64,000 nucleotides of DNA. Source: Chlorokybus atmophyticus (lineage: Eukaryota > Plantae > Mesostigma and Chlorokybus algae). Made by a program: the position numbers and the translations under genes. The stretch lies in NCBI GenBank assembly GCA_009103225.1, contig RHPI01003599.1:219463-283462 (forward strand). The letters are read 5' to 3'. Positions 1-12,624 of the stretch are shown here, piece by piece (the stretch's first letter is position 1; each line of letters begins with the position of its first letter). The notes beneath the pieces were generated by a model. The model was given only the letters and a program-made list of their open reading frames with translations. It made no database searches and was not told where the DNA came from.

Positions 1-279
1 GGTCAGCTATGGATGACGGGTGAGAAGGCTAGTAGGCCTGCAGTTCCAGCTTTGCTGAGTGCGCGCAAGCATGCGTGTGTGCTCTCTTGTCATGGACGTT
101 GCAACGAGTATACTTTGGTGGGTACGCTCCTTGATGTAAGTATATAGCTGGCGTGAGGTTTGTATGGATGTATGGATATGTGTTACATAGGCGGATGTGC
201 GCGTAAGCGCGCTTGCATGCACATGCGTGAGCGTGGGCGCGGGCATGTGTCAGTGGGCACGATGTTGATGTATTGGCAG

Positions 280-1200
280 GATGAGCAGTGGGAGAGGCTG
301 GCGGCGTACAAGGAGCAGTACAGAGACTGCGACGTGGCACAGGAGCGGCAACACAACAAGGCCCCTCACGGCGCTTGCAACGTGGGTACATGCTGTAGAA
401 GACCTTGTTTCCCTCATATAATCAAGTGCAGATGTGATTGGAACTTCTGCGTTTTCAGTTTGAGAGCATGAGGAGGGCGTACATGTCGTCGATGACAGTG
501 GCTCAATGAGTCCTGCGTATGACATATGTACAGCTCAATCAGCTCTATCCTGTCTGGCAGCCGCGGGATCGAACTTGGAACGAAAGGTGTGTATATGCGC
601 GTGTGCAGTTGCTAGTGCGTGTGTTGATGTGGTTCGTTCTCACTCCTTTGTGTCCAAACCACAGTACACTCTGCATGGTTACTATTGTACGCGGTGCTGC
701 ATGAGAGGAAGCATGCTGTTGGACACCTCCGCGAGCCGCCCCCGCCCAGTTTGAACCAGTGGGTGTACACTCAGCGGCAGGTATACAAAACCAACAAAGC
801 AGCGAGTGAGTGTTACTCGTTGTGCTGTCGTGCCATTTACATGCGGTTGTCCTAAGTTTTGGATACCATCATGCCTACGGACAAGTGGCACCGGCTGAAT
901 CCGATCGGGTTTGTGTGGGATGTGAAGGAGGTTATATGGCAGAAACAGTGCCGGTTCTTGCACGAATTCGTTCGGACTAAGGGATTCTTACAGGTGTTCA
1001 TTGCTCCAAGGTTTGTTGTTTGTGCACATGCGCGTGTGTGCGCGCAATGTGTGCGCATGACTTGTTGGTAAAGAACTTGCTCATGCATGGATCTTGCGGC
1101 CAACCGTAAACTCTGGAGGTTCTCGAAAGGTGCATAGGCAAACGTGGGCTGCCCGCACCATCGGCCGCACTCATACGGGTTTCTGGCATGGCCGAAACCC
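280..1200 (+). CDS. Multi-exon, possibly degraded protein with helicase-associated (HA, PF03457-like) repeats
   Basis: Successive exon-sized blocks translate to HA-like motifs: QWERLAAYKEQYRDCDV (~286), LNQLYPVWQPRDRTWNER (~534), LNQWVYTQRQ (~751) and MPTDKWHRLNPIGFVWDVKEVIWQKQCRFLHEF (~871). Start codon and full exon chain not resolved. Confidence 0.5.
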
Positions 1201-2864
1201 CACACCCAAACAGTTGTGAGCAGCAGCAGCACTCTCCCATGTGCCGGAAGGTTGACGGCACGTTGGACACCAGGTGCGCTACACTTGCTGTCGTGGGGTT
1301 GCAAGAACCAAGCATACATAACGGTTCTGTGACTTTGGCTTGTGGTGTGGGTCAATCACTCCTCCTCGCGCTATGTTGCAGCTTGGCCACCGTCAGTGAT
1401 GTACTCGATGCTTTTGGCAAGGTAAGGCTTGCTTCCAGGGATGTGTTGCATATACATGCGTTACGTGCATGTGCAAATGTTCGTGCATGTGCAATCTCAT
1501 TATAACGTCACTCTCACACGTGTATGCAAAGTTCGGGCGCAGCGCAAAGTAGCTCTGTTGGGACAGCTGAAAGCCCGAGTGCGCGAAGCGCTTGCGTTGT
1601 TTGTGGGCTTCTGATTACGCTGCTCTCCTTTGGACTCTACAGGAGGTTCTAGCCTTGGTACTGCAACCGCCAATGTTGACGTAAGCGGTGTTGCTTGATG
1701 AAGCTGGTGTCCCTTCAATTTGCATTCATGATGAGCTCACAATGTGTGCCCGATGCAAGAATTCGTGCATTGCACGCATGACGTGTTGCAAGCTGCTCAT
1801 GACGCAGAACACAACACGGTTTGATGCAAGGTGAGTCGCTCAAAGCGTTGTCAAGCCACACATGCGAGACAGCATTCTGATCTGCCAAACGTGTATGAGA
1901 CAGCTGCACAGAGACAATGTGATACTCTCGCTTGCGGTTGTGCTCATGAAAGCACTCGTGCTGACACATTTCGTGTCATGCTTCCGGGCATGTATAAGAG
2001 CATGATACCGTGTGTTGAGCACATGAGCACACAACATAGTGCAGTGCAACAAGAGCAGCACAAGCAACACGGGATGTTTCAAGTGCTAACTTCAATGCAT
2101 AAGGAATGCACACGCGTTCACCTCCAGCCATTGTGACTGTTGATGTCATTGTAACAAGGATAGTAGTCATACAAGATTACAAACTACAACTACACGGGGA
2201 GTTGCAAACATGAGAGTTACTCATGACCCCAAATCGTGTGCTAAGCCAGACAACAAATTGTTGTCAACAGCCCTACATAGAGTCCAAACATCAGTGCTAC
2301 TCTTGACCCCCACATTCTGTTCCTAGCTACACACCAGTCCTGCACAGGCCTCTTCCTGGAACTTGCCTTTGTGTGCGCGTACGCTTGGCGCAGCTACCGG
2401 TCTGCCTGAAAGAGCTCTAGGCGCTACTAGCTGCAACGAGCAACCAATGCCAGCACAACCCACTCCGTACGACTGATGTGTGCATGTGCGCGAGCAGCAA
2501 CTCCACATCCTGCCTCGTCTCGGATAGTCTGGACCCAACTTGGACCAGCAGTCCTCAGCGTTGAGGGAGAGTCTCTCCAGCCGGGCAAAATGGCTGCGCT
2601 GTGCTGCTAGGAACGCCAACGAGTGAGATTGCATGCCTGCAGCAACGCATCAGTTGCATCGTATGTCAGCAAACGGGCTGTGCAGTCCCTCAGCCCAGCA
2701 TACATCATACATTCGTGCAAATTGAAACGCTAACAAGTTTTACCTGTCGCTCTACTGAACATGGATGGAGGATTCGGGCGAAATTGACAGATGCGAAATT
2801 CAACGTTGTTCACCCTCCGCGGAGTTTTCTTCGCCATCAGCGACCGCAGTAGGACGATGCCTAC

Positions 2865-4830
2865 CGGCTGGAGCTGTGGTGCACCGCAAGCCTCAAGGAT
2901 GTACTGAACGGTGTTCAGACTCGTCCGCAATTGCAGGACCGCTTGGTCTTTGCCTACAGGATAACAACCGTTGGTCATGCGGCGCATGAAAGCGCAAAAC
3001 AGTCACATACCTACGTAGCTGGACTTGGCTTCCCCGATAGCCAGCCAATGCTTGTCGCCGGGACCAACAAGAACGCCTCCAGCTGCGTTGATCTCAAGCT
3101 GCCCCGAAACATTTGGGTTCAGCTGCTCTGCCTGTGCAACTACCCACATAACTGCGCTGAGGGCAGCACCAGCCGGATCTGCAACCTCTGGAGACAATAC
3201 ACAATATGAAAGTTTGACAATGAGGACGGGCAAAGCTGCGGGCAAAGCACACATGATTGCATGGCTTACTCTTTTCACCCTTAACACGTGTGTAAACAAA
3301 ACGCTCCAAGGTCCTCCTCATGCCGCCAATCAGGTACGGACCAATGAGGTCTTGCAGCTCAAGTGCTGTGCTTTTGACCTCCTCGAGGCCTTGCGAGTCC
3401 AGCATGTCTTGAAGCTGCTGGTGGACGTCATCAACATACGAAAGATCTGGCAGCTCATAACGCGCGTGCTGCTGGCTCAGCTTGGGGTCTTCACTTGTAT
3501 TCTTTGCAATGGATAGCCCGCGGCGTTTCTATCCATTGCAGTGGATATGGCAAAGAATACAAGTGAAGACCCCAAGCTGAGCCAGCAGCACGCGCGTTAT
3601 GAGCTGCCAGATCTTTCGTATGTTGATGACGTCCACCAGCAGCTTCAAGACATGCTGGACTCGCAAGGCCTCGAGGAGGTCAAAAGCACAGCACTTGAGC
3701 TGCAAGACCTCATTGGTCCGTACCTGATTGGCGGCATGAGGAGGACCTTGGAGCGTTTTGTTTNCGAAGCTGCAAAGCTGCAAAGCTGCAAAGCTTTTAC
3801 GGATAGCATCCTGAGGATGAGTTGCAAGAATCAATAAGTCATGCATCATGATAGTTCATGAAGCTGCATGCAGTCATAATAACAACTACCGACTCAATCA
3901 GCCTCGTCACCAAAGAGTCCTTATCCATTGCAAAAGGTCCAGTATAGTGCTCGCGGACAGAATCAATGTCATGGAACTGCTTGCCCGCAGTAAACTTTGA
4001 GCGATCTTCTTCGAGACACTGCGCCTTCGTGTGGTCTTCAACTTCAGCAACAAAGAAAGGTACCAGAGCTGCTTCAGCCATGATGGCACTGCTGGTGACC
4101 AACGCAGATTGTTGGTTCTCAAGATCGGTGACACGCTGCTCAATGCCGGTGAGACGCTTGTCAATGCCGGTGAGCTTTCCGTCGAGATTCTGCCGAAAAC
4201 TCATAAACTGCCAGGTCAAACACAATTGGTAAGAAGCCTGTGCACACACAATAGCTTTCAACACATAGGCATGATTACATATCATAGGAACACGCTTGAA
4301 GATAAAGAATGCAGCTCACTACTGACTTCCCCATAGTTGTGAGTTGCAGAGTTGAATGTCTCACTCGTGTTCAGTTCCACTTACCCATGCGGGCTCCTGA
4401 CTGTCTGCGTCATCCTCATTGCCTTTGCCAATGGCGCAGCATGGTGCAGGCACGGAATGAGTTCTGTGGGACAGCGTCAGTGGTGTTTTGTGCGCAGGGC
4501 TCCTGTTGTTTCTGCGGTAGCCCAAGTGATTGCCGCCTTGCTTGCAGTGAGATGCCTGAACTGCATGCATGTGCCTGCTGCTAGAAGCCGTGGCCAGCAC
4601 AGCCTTTGGCATGCCGGCAGCCTGTAATGCAAGATGTACACGATTAGGGTCGCACATATCACTCGTATCGCAACAGCAGAATGAGTAGCAGGTGAAAGGG
4701 ACAGTTGGAGAGAGGCATGCTTCGGTGCGAAACGCAACCACGCGCTAGCATGCACCAATGCAAGCGGACTCTGTTTGTAGCTGCAACACGCAGCAGGCTG
4801 CGTAGAGAGGGCTTGGACAGAGAGACTCAT
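2865..4830 (-). CDS. Multi-exon protein with transit-peptide-like N-terminus, coiled coil and PD-(D/E)xK-like domain; 3' end unresolved (may extend to ~2323)
   Basis: ATG at 4830 (MSLSVQALSTQPAACC, Ser/Ala-rich). Three phase-0 GT-AG joined exons lead to the heptad stretch KLTGIDKRLTGIEQRVTDLE. Later exons give GQLEINAAGGVLVGPGDKHWLAIGEAKSSYV|GKDQAVLQL. The middle is disrupted by a foldback and an N at 3764. Confidence 0.5.
3294..3763. repeat. Perfect 214-bp inverted repeat (3294-3507 / 3550-3763) with an inner 12-bp hairpin in the spacer
   Basis: The arms are reverse complements (aaacaaaacgctcc...ttctttgc / gcaaagaa...ggagcgttttgttt). The spacer has tgcaatggatag (3505-3516) / ctatccattgca (3529-3540). 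The right arm ends exactly at an N. Confidence 0.9.
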
Positions 4831-5402
4831 GGTTGCAGCAGCTGAAGCAGGACTCACTACACGGCCAATGCTTCTTCGCGCCAGACTGAGAGTTGGCTGC
4901 TTGCTTGACCAACTCTCACGCAGCAAATACCAGCATGAGGGAGAAGTGAAGCTACAGCTGCGGCCTACCCTCCTTGCCTATCCCCATCGCCTGCCCCTCC
5001 CGCTCTCTTCCCCGCACATCCACAACAGACACAAGCCCACGCCACCCACAATCATCACACTCCTGCGCAAAACAGCTGGCTGCAAACTCTTACGACGCTA
5101 AACGTAGCTGTAGCATGCATCAGGCTGCCTAGAGAACACTTACACAACAGAGAGACCCATGGTCGCAGCATCATACCAGCATGAGGAAGAGAGATTGCTG
5201 AAGCTGCGGCCTGCGCGCCCTGTCTTGTCGCTCTTTTCCCCCGCACGACCTCACGACAGACACAAGCCCACGCCACGCACAGACAACACACTCCTGCGCA
5301 AATATCCAGCTGCGCACGCTGACCACGACCACGACCACCACTACCACCGCAGCCGCCGCCAACGACAAAAACACCAACAAAAACACCGCCGCCTCTCCCT
5401 CG

Positions 5403-7515
5403 GTGATTGTGGACTTGGACGGATGTGACAACGTGCCTTGCACTGAAAGGCAAGGCGTTAGCCCTCTTCTTTCGTCAACTCTTCTGGACGTTGTAAGCTG
5501 CCGGGCGGCGGCGGCGGCGGCAGCCAGGAGGCGTAGGACGTGGAGAGGGGAGGAGGTGGAGGGGGTTGTAAAAGAGCAGCCCCCGCCGCCGCAGGGTGAG
5601 GGCGGCGGTGGGGGTGGCACTGTGGTGTGCCGCGTGTGCAAGCGGCAGTGGGCGAAATACACCTGCCCGCGGTGCCTGGTTCGCTACTGCGCCCTACCTT
5701 GCTACAAGAGCCACAGCGCAGGCTGCACTAACGCCTTCCATGGAGACAACGCCGCCGCCGCTCTCAAGAACGCCCCGCAGCCAACCCCGGAGAGCAGGCG
5801 AGCTCTGGCCCAGGTCTTGAAGCGTGCACAGGCGGCGCAAGGTGGTCTCTCGGATGATGACCCTGGCCAGGACAGTGACGATGACGGACGAGAAGCCCCA
5901 GACGGTAAGTGTCATGGTAGGAAGTTCTTGGCCTCGTCATGGTGACAGGTTGCGAACTGCGTTTCATGTGCATGCGCCTCCAGCACAGTCATATACCACT
6001 ACATGAGATTGACGTTTTTATCGCAAGCAAGTACATGCATTCATGCTTAGGTACTTTGCATGCACCTCAGCGTGTGCGCAACTGGTCATCACTCAAATCA
6101 AAGAAAGCGTGCATGTACTCATGCTTGAATGCTTGCAGGCGTGCGTACTTTGGCACAAGGAGGTGCATGTCATTGGCACAAAGCGTTGTCACTGGTTAAC
6201 GATGCAACAGGCACAACGTCGTTGTTGTCTTGTCCAACAATATTGCACTGCTTACAACATTACAGCGCACGCAGCAAGATTGCTCCCTGACTTTGAAGTC
6301 TACACATTGCAGGTGTGAACCTGTCCATAGAGACTTTGGAGCGTATCTTGTCACTATCAGGTTAGATTGTATGTGCGGGTGCATCTGCTTATTACGCAGC
6401 AGATCTCATTCCTTGCAAGCTGCTGGTATGCTGTCTCAGCTTATTATCATAGCTCAATTACTGTGCAGAAGATGGGCAACTTCCAGATGAGATTCCTGAG
6501 GGCGTACTGTCCAAAGATGAGCGGGCGCGTTTTGCTGCCTTTGTAGCCAGTGGTGGCGCACAGTCTCTTGTGCAGCCTTGGGAGCCGTGGTGGCGCCAGT
6601 CAGGCGCTGCACACAAACAACTTACTGCTAGTGGCACAGCAGTAGTGCAAGAACTGTCTCAGCATGACACCAGGCAAGTGTTGAGGTGTTGGTTTGCCAA
6701 TGTACTTGGGTCAATGTTTGTAGCCGTATCCCCTCCCAACACGCTCATGCGTGCGCATGTGCGTGTGGCTTGGTTTGCTGAGTCTGGCCTCGCAGATGCA
6801 GTGAGTACTCAATATGCAATTGTCCGCATGCAGGTCCAGTCAGCCTGCTGCTGGTGGTGAGGGAGATTTGTCTTCTATACCTAGCCCTGATGAAGAGTTA
6901 GTGCCGGTCAGCCAGTTGACACGCACACAGCCTTCACCACTCGTAGGAGTCCACGTCGCAGATGTGCTGTATGCGTACTGCTTCTGCATGCTTCGACACA
7001 ATGGTGACTGGACAGCTGACCCGGTATCCGCTGCCAGCTGCTTGTTGGAGATATCAGGCGTGCTAATTGGCTCCTCTGCACCCAGTTCAATGTCCGAAGC
7101 TCTCTCAGCATGCATACAGCGTGCACGGTCTTCGGACCCGATGCAAGCTGGTGGCGCAGCCTTTGTGTTAGCAATAGCACAAGATGTCGTAACTCTGTTG
7201 CAGCTCGGGCGACCAGCTGTATTATGTGCACTTGCGGATGCGCGGCGGATACTTCTTGCAGTTTCCAGTGTTGTTTTTGAGAAGGATACACCTGAGAGCT
7301 CAAGGCGTAGTAAGCAAAGCACCAGTAGTATGCGACGCTGGGAGTTGGCTGCACGCAAAGTGTATTTCTTCATGTGCTGGGTCAACGAGCAGCCCAAGCT
7401 GCCTTTTTCGGCTTTGACAGCGGAAGCTGAACAGGAATGTCAGCACCAGCAACGCTTTCTGGCAGCCAGTGCACAGCCTTCAGATGTGCGCGTGGTTGAT
7501 AGCATGTACAGGTAG
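5403..7515 (+). CDS. ZNHIT2: Zinc finger HIT domain protein, ZNHIT2-like
   Basis: zf-HIT motif CRVCKRQWAKYTCPRCLVRYCALPCYKSHSAGC. Later exons contain QPWEPWW and PSPLVGVHVADVLYAYCFCMLRHNGDW. Inferred exons ?-5904, 6469-6673 (or 6685) and 6834-7515. No in-frame ATG found in the first visible exon, so the start is uncertain. Confidence 0.8.
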
Positions 7516-8549
7516 TTACCACATGTGGTTTTGTGCGCCATTCAGCTGACAACTCGTTAGCTTGGCGCAGGTGTAGAGGGTAACATCAGGCATGTTGTCA
7601 GAAGGAAGTAGTAGTCAGGGTTGGTCTGCAGCTCAATAGCCATTGATTGCACCCAAGGCTGCAATTGTTTCTCCGCTAGCTAAGCTTGGTAAGTGGTAAG
7701 TGCGCGTAAAAATATGCTGCACCTATGCGCTCTGCTGGTGCGGATGCACAACAATTGCGGTGTTAGTGCAGTCGTTCCATACTGCCTGTGTACAAGTTTG
7801 TCACATCATTGGGACTGGCGCTGCTGATACCCACAGCGGTGCACATAGGATGTGCAGGTGCCGTGGACATGTGAGGCTTTCTCGCAACTTGTAATGTGTT
7901 GTGGTTGTTGTTCTTGGCATAGCTTTTGCCTTGACACATCTTCCAGCAGCGCAGGAGAATGTGACCTGGAGAGCATTGCGTGAAGAGCTTGGCTGTTTTG
8001 TGGTAGGCTGTACATGCAGATCGTGTTGTTGCGGGATGGGTGGCATGAAGTATTGCTGCCCGGTTACGTGACTCGCTACTGGTCAGTTGCTGGTGGCTTT
8101 TTCTGTTAGGCTTTGCTGCATGTTCTATTGAGCACAAGCGCCTGGGTGTTGACCTGCTAGCAGCGCGGGCGGCCACGTTGCAGATCGTGTGTGCACGGTG
8201 GATGCGCGGCACGTATGCATATTATGGATGCGCAGATTAACCAACAACACGCAATGAGTGCTACTGACCAGTGCACCATGCGTACGTTCGGATGGGACCA
8301 GGCATTGCATTGGTATCACATTGTCCATTTGATCAAACCAGACGCAGGCTGGCGCCCTACCAGCTGCTTTTGGCTTAAGCTTACTGACAGTACACGGGTG
8401 TCAATTGCCACACTGGTTTTGTCCAGTCTGGCTAGTGCAAGCCACTAAGCCGCGACCCTATCACTACCGCCACCACATCGTCCTTGGCACTGCGGCCTTC
8501 TCTATCTTGAGCCAAACTGGACTGAACTGTGCGATGACCTCGCCCGTAC

Positions 8550-8583
<34 letters not shown>

Positions 8584-8657
8584 TCTGACGGCGGCAGAAC
8601 GCACATGGGACACGCTAGATATATGTACACAACAACGCGGCACTCAGCGCTAGTCTG

Positions 8658-8731
8658 TCTCCCGTAGCTCAGTTGGTTAGAGCATTGGTCTTATGAGCCA
8701 AAGGTCGCGAGTTCAAGCCTCGCTGGGAGAA
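8658..8731 (+). tRNA. tRNA-Ile(UAU), intronless
   Basis: Acceptor stem TCTCCCG/TGGGAGA, A-box TAGCTCAGTTGG, anticodon arm TTGGT-CTTATGA-GCCAA (anticodon TAT), T-arm GCGAG-TTCAAGC-CTCGC. Confidence 0.9.
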
Positions 8732-8756
8732 ATTGTGCCCGTCATTGGGAGACCAT

Positions 8757-9062
8757 TAGACCACCATTTTGATCCTCTCGATGAGAGGCTCTCATGCTGG
8801 TAGCTTGGAGTGCGCAGTTCTTTGCGTTACGCGACTCATCTATAACCGTTGGATAAGACTACCATTTTTATCCTCTCGATGACAGGCTCTCATGCTGTGT
8901 GGACAGCTTGGAGTGTGCAGTTCGATACGATGTTACGCGACTCATCGATAATTGTTGGACAATGAGACTATCAATCCGAGACCCTCATGCTATAATACAT
9001 TTTAAATGCATTGATGAACTTGTATACATCTAAGACACTCATGCTATTATACATTTCAAATG
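8757..9062 (+). repeat. Two pairs of degenerate tandem duplications directly downstream of the tRNA
   Basis: A ~100-110 bp unit (gac.accatttt.atcctctcgatga.aggctctcatgct...gttacgcgactcatc) starts at ~8757 and ~8857. A ~30 bp unit (gac.ctcatgctat.atacattt.aaatgc) starts at ~8980 and ~9034. Confidence 0.7.
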
Positions 9063-9138
9063 CGATGGTTGCCACGTGTACAACTCTATTTATGACGCGC
9101 AGCATTTACCCTAAGCTGCAGGGAAGTTGAGGTGCCAT

Positions 9139-9651
9139 TAGGGCTGGGGCCGAACGATTAAAAAACAAACCCCTGAACAACATAAGTACTTTTTGGTTTA
9201 TACAACCTTATTTTGTTCTTGCAGAACAAAACAAGCGACTTTTATGAGTGACAGCGACCAAACCATTCATAATGAATACAAATACTAACAAAACCCATGA
9301 GAAAACGTACATAAAATTTACCATGAGGCATACGTTTATCAACATTATTATATGCATTATCCAACACGAAGCATTGTATCGTTAATAGCATGAAATTTTG
9401 CTACACAACATGTATATGGAAGCATGTACTGCAAAATAATGTGACGTCGAGTCACGCTGTGTCACATGGTATGCAGAGGCACATATCAATACACTATGCG
9501 TGGTATTGCGAAACTGCAAAAGGTTCGTTCCCTATTAGCATATATACATGCGTAATGTATACAGAACAAAGAACGTTCTTTCGACCTTTATTTCGTTCTA
9601 TTTTTTAGCTATTAATGTAAAACCGAACATGGTTGTTAAGTTCCAGCCCCA
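9139..9651. mobile_element. hAT-type MITE, family A copy 1
   Basis: Ends tagggctgg...ccagcccca. Flanks ggtgccat (9131-9138) and tgtgccat (9652-9659) form an 8-bp TSD with one mismatch. Homologous to 26409-26982 in inverted orientation. Confidence 0.7.
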
Positions 9652-10607
9652 TGTGCCATAGCCCAAATAAAGCCGTGTTAAGGGGTAGAAAAACTCCGAA
9701 TTCATGCGGCTGGCTGAAGAAGTACCTCAATTGTCAATCTTTGGTTGACAGTACAATCAAGATTATAGAATGGTGTTTTGCACAGCGATGCTTAAACATT
9801 GCAATACGTACCTAGAGCATGTCAATAATAACCTTGGAGAACGGAAGACGGTCAGCACGCGTGTATGTGCATCAGATCATGAGAGTGGAGCGGAAAGGAC
9901 CGGCTTTGGTTGTGCCAACAGGCATGACCAGCACAATAATGATAATAGAGCACCACTACGGCGCCGTTGTTGGCAAAACTCTATAAAGCTTCATATAGCT
10001 GCTAACCACACACAAACATGCATTGAAAAGAGACCATTCATGTATTTAATAACTTCGTCTTGCATAGAAGAGCCCAGCAATGCATATTCGACGTAAACGT
10101 AAATTTGGATAATAGCTTTTATGAGAACAAGTATGCATGCACGCAAGCATGTATGCAGCATGCAATGCACGTGAGCTCAGCTGTGCCCAGCAGTAGCTAA
10201 CATTCAGTACTTTTGCCAAGGCGGGATTCAGCTGCGCAAGAGAGATTCTAGCAGGCTGATGATGAGACTGTGCTAGCTGCAGTATTACACCCGTAAAGCT
10301 AAGCAAATGCTGCGCTCAGCTTCTGCAGTTGCATGAAGGCAAGGCGAGAGCGGCGCAGTAGGTAACAGCGGCAGCGTGGGTATGAAGAGCGGCAGCGAAT
10401 GTGGGTGGAGGACTGCGGTAACTATGAATGATCCCGTGAATGTTTCGTGTAATTCACCACGTCCTTGGCACTGAACTTTGGGACTTTGACCTTTGGCAAC
10501 GCGAGGAAGGGTTAGGCAGCCAACAAGTAAGCAACTTACGCATGGGTAACTATGCCTGCGGCAACTGCAATCTGCTGTGAAAACAAAGGGAGCTTTATCT
10601 TTCCATG

Positions 10608-11164
10608 CATAGTTACAAAGTACGCAGTACGTGTACTAATACGTGGTATGCAAAGTACGCGTATGTTTTCGTAATTTTTCCACTATACGTCGGCCAGTAC
10701 GTATTTCATATCTTATTCATGCGTAATACTGATAAATATCAATAATGTTTGATGCCATATGTGTGCTAATAAGTGCTGGGCAACTCATTGGACATCACAA
10801 TGCAATATAATACATTGTTTGATCCACGAGTGTTACGATATGCTCAAAGTCATTTCCAATGGTAATGCTTTACCTAACATGTTATTACGTAATATCATAA
10901 CACTTAAAGATGCTTTATAACTTGCAGTGCTGATAGGTGAGGTGGGTCGCACTGCCGCGACCTACCCCGCCGCGTGACAGGTCGCGCGCGCGGCACGTCA
11001 CCGAAGGCCGTTTGCTGCGCTATCTGCGCTCACTTACGAAAAATGACCTATTTTAGTCCAATACCGTACGATTTCACGTACTTTCAACGTATTATTAACA
11101 ACTGCTTGCTGTACGCGTACCATTACGTATTACTTTACCAAAAGTCGCGTACTTTGTTACTATG
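10608..11164. mobile_element. hAT-type MITE, family B
   Basis: TIR catagt(t/a)acaaagtacgc at both ends. Perfect 8-bp TSD tttccatg (10600-10607, 11165-11172). Subterminal tacg/cgta repeats. No coding capacity. Confidence 0.85.
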
Positions 11165-12347
11165 TTTCCATGCACACAATGCGTTGCCACACCCTCGAGC
11201 AGCACATACGCATGCTTGGACACCGCCCCGAAAACGAATGCAGTACACTTGTGTACTCGCATGTGTGCGATTCGCCGCCGCTAGCTCTCTTACAGAATAA
11301 GCACATAATCAGACAGCTAGGGGGCATCAATAGCCGGTCGCAAAATCTGACATATCACGCCCGCAGAAGACATGTACTCAAATGCAACTGCTGCTGTGTG
11401 TGCTGGCAATTTGTTCTTTTGTACACTCGTTGCATCTATTTGCTCTACATACATGTATGTCGGATGCTGGCAAATACTTATCGCCGACATTAGTGGCTGA
11501 CAGCGCGTGATGTCGGCAATTTGTGAATGTGCCTCCGCAGAGGATGCAGGTGGGCGTTGAACGTGCCCTCAGCCTGCACCCTCTGCCAATGTCACAGCCC
11601 CGAGCCGCGATCTCGGTAGCTAACGCAGCGTACTTTGCAGGGCGCCGGCGCTGTAAGCTTTCATGTAATAGTTATTATTGTTGTTGTTGAGCTTGAGTAG
11701 AGCAGCAATGGCGGCGGCGGCGCTGAGCTTATTGTTGACCCTCCCGCCACACCCTAACTTACGATGTATGTAATATATTAATCACGCCGACGCGCTTAAG
11801 CTTTGTGATCTCAATGGCACAACTTCAGATGATCGTTACCGTCTAATTGCATTCATGTAGCAATTGCACGGTTACATAGCACCTGTGTTTGACACTGCCT
11901 TAACTTTAGGAAGCATCTGATCGTGAGGTCACGTACGACACCCTGATCTGCCTAGCGAAATATAATGTTTTGGCCGTAGGTGCGCCCTTAGCAATCAATA
12001 CAAGTACAAACGATTGCTAAACCTGTTACAACTCCTTTTGCTAGTGAGTTCAGATTGTAGTGTCATAGTACATGCCCGACTTTGCACTAGTGTAAGATTA
12101 TAGTTAGCAACCATTGTGAGTTACATCTTGCATCGCGTGAGAGCATACACAAGCAAGGTGACACCTTGAAGGGTTATTAGATGCCGACGTCCTCATAGTG
12201 TGACGCCTTATATTGCGACGCACGCGAAACTCGTCACGCGCGACGCGATGTTGCCCTGATCGGAGGAAGTCTTCCTTGTTTGCTGGAATAAATACGGGAA
12301 GGTGCAGCTGATCGGCGGCCCAGGCTGCTGCGGCCCGCGGGTTTTCC

Positions 12348-12393
12348 CTTATCCAGTGCGGCCAATGGCAGCCAAGCATTGGCCATAGCCAAT
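12348..12393 (+). promoter_or_regulatory. Candidate psbO promoter elements: I-box-like CTTATCC plus clustered CCAAT boxes
   Basis: cttatcc at 12348-12354, ccaat at 12362 and 12389, attgg at 12378, about 230-280 bp upstream of the psbO ATG. Motif match only. Confidence 0.35.
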
Positions 12394-12624
12394 CTGAACC
12401 AAGCAGTCCGGTCAGCTGACCGAAGCGCCGATATCGGCTCCAGTTGAAAGCCGTGGTCGACGTCCCACCCTACTAGAGAGGTAGATATCCGCCATGCTGT
12501 TGATAGAGACAACATCAGCAGCACTCTGGCGTGTAGGCACTTGTACAGGCACCGGCGGCGGCGGAGGAGCAGGAGCAGGAGCAGGAGGAGGTGGAGGTTG
12601 TTGCTTCCATCTGTGTTGAGCGCA

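Noticed and set aside
4930-5310. Two similar ~130-bp modules between the divergent genes
   Set aside because: Old local duplication with no assignable function.
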